Of a stretch of DNA of 64,000 nucleotides, positions 60,336-64,000 are shown in pieces. The notes under the pieces are model-generated. The model ran no database searches and was not told the DNA's origin. It saw nothing but the letters and a program-made list of their open reading frames with translations. This DNA is from an uncultured delta proteobacterium (GTDB lineage: Bacteria > Desulfobacterota > DSM-4660 > Desulfatiglandales > HGW-15). The stretch covers positions 190,444-254,443 of the forward strand of contig CAVUFY010000008.1 in assembly GCA_963740905.1 (NCBI GenBank). The letters are read 5' to 3'. Position numbers and translations under genes: made by a program. Numbering within the stretch: the first letter of the stretch is position 1; every line of letters begins with the position of its first letter.

Positions 60336-61874
60336 TTAACCCTGAGCGAAATAATCGACGATAGCTTGGGTGAGCGAAGGGATGGTGTACTCGGGAGCGA
60401 TCAGGGTGACTTTCAGTCCCTTTTCCTCTGCACGCTCGGCCGTCACAGGACCGATGCAGGCTATCGACACATCCCTCATCCATTCAACCACCGGCTCTCC
60501 TTGGAACATATCCACAAAGTTGCTCACCGTGGAAGAGCTGGTAAAGGTAACCATATGGATTTTTCCGGACTGAAGCATGGCCCTGACGCTTTCTTTGTCG
60601 CCTTCAGGCTTTATGGTGCGATAAGCCTCCACCACATCCACCTCGGCGCCCAGTTTCCGTAGTTCCAGCGGCAAGACTTCTCTTGCCTCAAGCGCTCTGG
60701 GCAGGAGGATCCTCTTCCCCCGAAGTTCTTCTTTCCTCAAAGCCTCCGCCACCGCTTCGGCTCGGTATTCCTTCGGAACCAGGTTTGTTCTTATTCCCTT
60801 CGCGCCGATTGCCTCCGCTGTCTGGGGTCCGATGGCGGCGATCCCGATCCCTTTCAGATCCCGCACGTCTTTTCCCAGGAACTCCAGCCGATCGAAAAAA
60901 TATTTCACGCCGTTCACACTGGTGAAGACCAGCCAATGGTAATTTTCCATTTGCCGAATGCTCCGGTCCAGTCCTTCCCAGCTCCTCGGCCCAATGACCT
61001 CGATGGTCGGGAACTCGATGCCCTGCGCGCCAAGGTCGCGCAAAGCGGACAGGAACTCACTCGCTTGCTCTCTTGCCCGGGTCACGACGATCCGTCTTCC
61101 GAAAAGCGGTTTTTCCTCAAACCAATTGAGCTCCTTTCGAAGACCCACCACCCCCCCCACAACAATAATCGCCGGGGGCCGGATCTTCTCTTGCGTCGCG
61201 ATCTCCGCAATATCATGGAGAAATCCCGTCACGGTCCGCTGCTCAGAGACGGTGCCCATATGGATGACAGCCACAGGGGTTGCCGGAGACCTGCCGTGTT
61301 CCATGAGACTCGACGCGATCCGGGCAAGATTTCCAATACCCATCACAAAGACAAGGGTGCCCGCTCCCGTGGCGAGCTTGTCCCACGCAATGTCGGAGGT
61401 TTCCTTGGAGGGATCTTCGTGGCCGGTAATGAAAGCTACGGTTGAAGTGTGGTCGCGGTGCGTCAATGGGATGCCGGCATAGGCAGGCACGGCAATGGCA
61501 GAAGTGACGCCGGGAACGATTTCGAAAGAGATGCCCGCTTTGACCAGTTCCTGCGCTTCTTCACCCCCCCTTCCGAAGATGAAAGGATCGCCTCCTTTGA
61601 GCCTCACCACCTCCAGCCCCTGCTGCGCTTTGCCAATGATGAGGCTGTTGATGTTGTCCTGAGTCATGGTGTGCCGGCCGCCTTCTTTACCTACATAAAT
61701 GAGCTCCGCTTCCTTTCGCGCGTAGTCCAGAAAAACACGGTTCGCCAGATGATCGTAGACAACGACATCGGCTCTTTCAATGCGCTCTTTCGCCTTGAGA
61801 GTCAGAAGCCCCGGGTCCCCCGGGCCGGCGCCGACCAAAGACACTTTGCCTTTCCTGCCGGATTTATCAGTCAT
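60336..61874 (-). CDS. cobA: Uroporphyrinogen-III C-methyltransferase / synthase fusion (CobA-HemD)
   Basis: VGAGPGDPGLLT, RLKGGDPFIFGRGGEE, VTRAREQ, FTSVNGV, FTSSSTV, CIGPVTA. Confidence 0.96.
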   Translation of the reverse strand: MTDKSGRKGKVSLVGAGPGDPGLLTLKAKERIERADVVVYDHLANRVFLDYARKEAELIYVGKEGGRHTMTQDNINSLIIGKAQQGLEVVRLKGGDPFIFGRGGEEAQELVKAGISFEIVPGVTSAIAVPAYAGIPLTHRDHTSTVAFITGHEDPSKETSDIAWDKLATGAGTLVFVMGIGNLARIASSLMEHGRSPATPVAVIHMGTVSEQRTVTGFLHDIAEIATQEKIRPPAIIVVGGVVGLRKELNWFEEKPLFGRRIVVTRAREQASEFLSALRDLGAQGIEFPTIEVIGPRSWEGLDRSIRQMENYHWLVFTSVNGVKYFFDRLEFLGKDVRDLKGIGIAAIGPQTAEAIGAKGIRTNLVPKEYRAEAVAEALRKEELRGKRILLPRALEAREVLPLELRKLGAEVDVVEAYRTIKPEGDKESVRAMLQSGKIHMVTFTSSSTVSNFVDMFQGEPVVEWMRDVSIACIGPVTAERAEEKGLKVTLIAPEYTIPSLTQAIVDYFAQG

Positions 61875-61959
61875 AGATCTTCTCGAGAATGCGGTCTGCT
61901 CCCGCGGCCAAAAGGTGTTCAGCAAGAGTCCTACCCCGTTCTTTCGGCCTTTCCCTCTG

Positions 61960-62652
61960 TCATCTCTTGCTCATGATGAATCTCGCCAATTCAAGGTCAT
62001 AGGGTGTCGTGATCTTGATGTTTTCTTCCCGACCTTCCACTACGGTGACAGGGATGCCCATCTTTTCCATGAGCAGAGCATCATCCGTTAACCCATCCCA
62101 GTTCTCTTCTAAGGCCCGGTAGTGCGCGCCGGAGATGTCGTCGTAGCGGAAAGCTTGAGGGGTTTGCACAAGCCAGAGGCGTTCTCTGTCAGGCGTTCCC
62201 ACCACCCGGCCGTCATTCTCAACCTCCTTTACTGTCTCCTTCACCGGAAGAGCCGGGATGACGGCGCGGTGCAGTGAAGCAGCATCAATGACCCGGTTAA
62301 TCAATTCAGTTCCAACCAGAGGTCGAGCGCCGTCATGAATGAGGACAAGCTCATACCGGCCTTGCGTGGCTTCCAAACCCAGTCTTACCGAGTCCTGACG
62401 CCTCCTCCCTCCTTCCACGACATGAGCCACTTTTCTTAATCCGTACCTTGGGACCATCTCTTCCCTGCAGTAGACCACTCGATCAGGGGGGACCACCAGC
62501 ACAATGCTTTCCACGGCGGCGCATCGCTCGAAATGGCCAACAGTCACGGCCAACAGCGGTCTCCCCTCCAAATCCATGAACTGCTTAGCGCGGCCGCCGA
62601 CGCCCATCCGCACACCCGCCCCGGCAGCAGGGATGATTGCCACAGTTTTCAC
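61960..62652 (-). CDS. ispD: 2-C-methyl-D-erythritol 4-phosphate cytidylyltransferase
   Basis: PAAGAGVRM, KQF, RQDSV, IHDGARP, QTPQAF, TDDA, NIKITTPYDL. Confidence 0.95.
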   Translation of the reverse strand: MKTVAIIPAAGAGVRMGVGGRAKQFMDLEGRPLLAVTVGHFERCAAVESIVLVVPPDRVVYCREEMVPRYGLRKVAHVVEGGRRRQDSVRLGLEATQGRYELVLIHDGARPLVGTELINRVIDAASLHRAVIPALPVKETVKEVENDGRVVGTPDRERLWLVQTPQAFRYDDISGAHYRALEENWDGLTDDALLMEKMGIPVTVVEGREENIKITTPYDLELARFIMSKR

Positions 62653-62680
62653 TTCATCGCCCTCACCCTAATGGTCGCTC

Positions 62681-62785
62681 CGGCCTTAACCAAATCTCTG
62701 ACCGAATAACGAATGTCGAACAAGGAATATCGAACCACGAAATGGCTTCCGGGAACTCTATTCGTTCGATATTCTGCGGTTTTAC
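62681..62785 (+). repeat. Repeat family C element (CGAA heptads with inverted counterpart)
   Basis: accgaat aacgaat gtcgaac aaggaat atcgaac cacgaa ... ttcgttcgatattctgcggtt. Confidence 0.7.
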
Positions 62786-62999
62786 TCGCCTTCCGAAGGA
62801 ATCCGGAATCTTGCGGAGCGGCGGTGCCAAAGGAGACCAGGGTTCGCTCTTGAACTTATCCGAAACTTCCCCCAATAAGTTACAGCCTAAAACTCTAGCT
62901 CAGACGCGAAACAAAAAGCAGGCCCCATGCTCAAGCCTGCAAACTGTCGTTGTTCTCCAACTCGAGGACGAAGCCTTTTCTTGCGTTCGAAGATTCCGC

Positions 63000-63392
63000 T
63001 CAGCCCTTTACAGCTCTCTTGCTCAGCTTCTTGAGGCGATTGATTCGGCGGCGCAGAATCGACGCTTTCTTTTTGTCCTGGGAAGAGATCGCATCCTTCT
63101 TCTGCTGCTTAAGCTGAATAATTTTCTGCTTGAGCTCCTTCACATCTGCCGGCTTTCTTTCCCCCCCGGCCTTTTCTTTCTTTGCCCCCTCTTCCACCTC
63201 GATGCCCAGGGCCTCTTTGATAGCCACCAGAAGCTCTTCTTTCTTCATGGCGTGAACACCCGTCAGGCCCTCGATTTTCTTGTTCAGGACAAACTCTCTG
63301 AGCTCCGTGGCCGTCATCTTGTCGAGCGGCTTTTCCGGCGCAGACTCTTCTTGCGTCCGGTCTGTTTCCTCTTTTTTGACTTCTTCTTCCAT
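63000..63392 (-). CDS. Small protein with Rho-termination-factor N-terminal-like domain
   Basis: LDKMTATELRE...GVHAMKKEELLVAIKEALG plus a basic C-terminal coiled coil; SD AAGGAG. Confidence 0.8.
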   Translation of the reverse strand: MEEEVKKEETDRTQEESAPEKPLDKMTATELREFVLNKKIEGLTGVHAMKKEELLVAIKEALGIEVEEGAKKEKAGGERKPADVKELKQKIIQLKQQKKDAISSQDKKKASILRRRINRLKKLSKRAVKG

Positions 63393-63469
63393 CAGCTCCA
63401 CTCCTTATTCTTTTACCAAAAAATTCCTGTCTTCGGGCCATTCCTGACTACGGTAAGAGTCGTCAACGT

Positions 63470-63630
63470 GGACGGCATTTAAAAAAGTTCCAGATGCAAG
63501 GCCCTAATCTTAATTTAGAGTGACGAGTAACGAGACCAAAACATTAGCTTGTCATTCGTGACTCGTCACTTGTCACTTTCTTGAAATGACGAAGCGCAAC
63601 GGCGCAGATGGACTTTTTACGAAGCCGTCA
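63470..63630 (-). repeat. MITE/REP-like element, family A, copy 2
   Basis: Ends GACGGCATTTAAAAAAGTTCC / GGACTTTTTACGAAGCCGTCA; aligns in reverse with 3407-3520. Confidence 0.75.
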
Positions 63631-64000
63631 TTCCTCTTTCTTGAAAAAAGGCCTGAACAGGTCCAGGGGAATCGGAAAAAGCGTCGTCGAATTCCCCTCC
63701 GAAGATATCTCCTTCAGGGTCTGGAGATAGCGCAACTGAAGCGCCTGGGGGTATTTCTGGATGATTTCGGCCGCCTCCGCCAGGCGAGTGGCTGCCTGAT
63801 ACTCTCCCTCTGCATTGATCACCTTGGCGCGCCTTTCTCTCTCCGCCTCAGCCTGCCTGGCCATGGCACGCTGCATTTCCTGCGGCAAGTCGATATGCTT
63901 GACTTCGACCGTCGTCACCTTGATCCCCCAGGGATCGGTGTGAAGATCAAGAATCGTTTGCAGCTGGGTATTGATCTTTTCTCTTTCCGCCAGAAGCTCA
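63628..64000 (-). CDS. SPFH/band 7 (slipin/stomatin) family protein, C-terminal part (start beyond right edge)
   Basis: [10 protein letters not shown]...[44 protein letters not shown]...[10 protein letters not shown]. Confidence 0.95.
   Translation of the reverse strand, partial: ELLAEREKINTQLQTILDLHTDPWGIKVTTVEVKHIDLPQEMQRAMARQAEAERERRAKVINAEGEYQAATRLAEAAEIIQKYPQALQLRYLQTLKEISSEGNSTTLFPIPLDLFRPFFKKEE

Noticed and set aside
62790-62999. Possible tRNA or structured RNA between ispD and the Rho-N gene
   Set aside because: No cloverleaf, T-loop (GTTCGA in context) or CCA pattern could be built.

Overview
This 64 kb window looks like chromosomal DNA from an anaerobic deltaproteobacterium (Desulfobacterota-like; inferred from gene content and intergenic repeat style, not from a marker gene). 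From left to right it holds: an XRE + ImmA/IrrE pair cut by the left edge, with a 29-bp palindromic operator; a UbiD decarboxylase / Zn-ribbon / TAXI-TRAP / MFS carboxylate locus; a large repeat-built AsmA protein; a pyk-pfk-LOG-gpmA glycolytic cluster; a radical SAM gene and a YeiH-type exporter with a small membrane partner; a long minus-strand TCA cluster (sdhA, sdhB, GltD/NfnB-like FeS flavoprotein, atypical flavoprotein, korA, korB, acn, citrate synthase, frameshifted fumC) with a divergent mdh; a pdhABC-lpd operon; acyl-CoA dehydrogenase and MDR genes; an RND efflux operon downstream of a CoA-transferase and a B12 radical SAM; DUF58/DUF4129/MoxR; cobA-hemD; ispD; and a partial SPFH gene. 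The strongest lead is in the TCA cluster. SdhAB has no membrane anchor in the window and sits next to an NADP-type FeS flavoprotein, while the neighbouring malate dehydrogenase and dihydrolipoamide dehydrogenase both carry NADP-type rather than NAD-type binding fingerprints. Together these suggest an NADP(H)-wired, possibly reversible or bifurcating central-carbon module; this is a sequence-based hypothesis. Several families of small palindromic, 7/8-mer-based intergenic repeats are also present. I found no rRNA, tRNA, CRISPR array or transposase.
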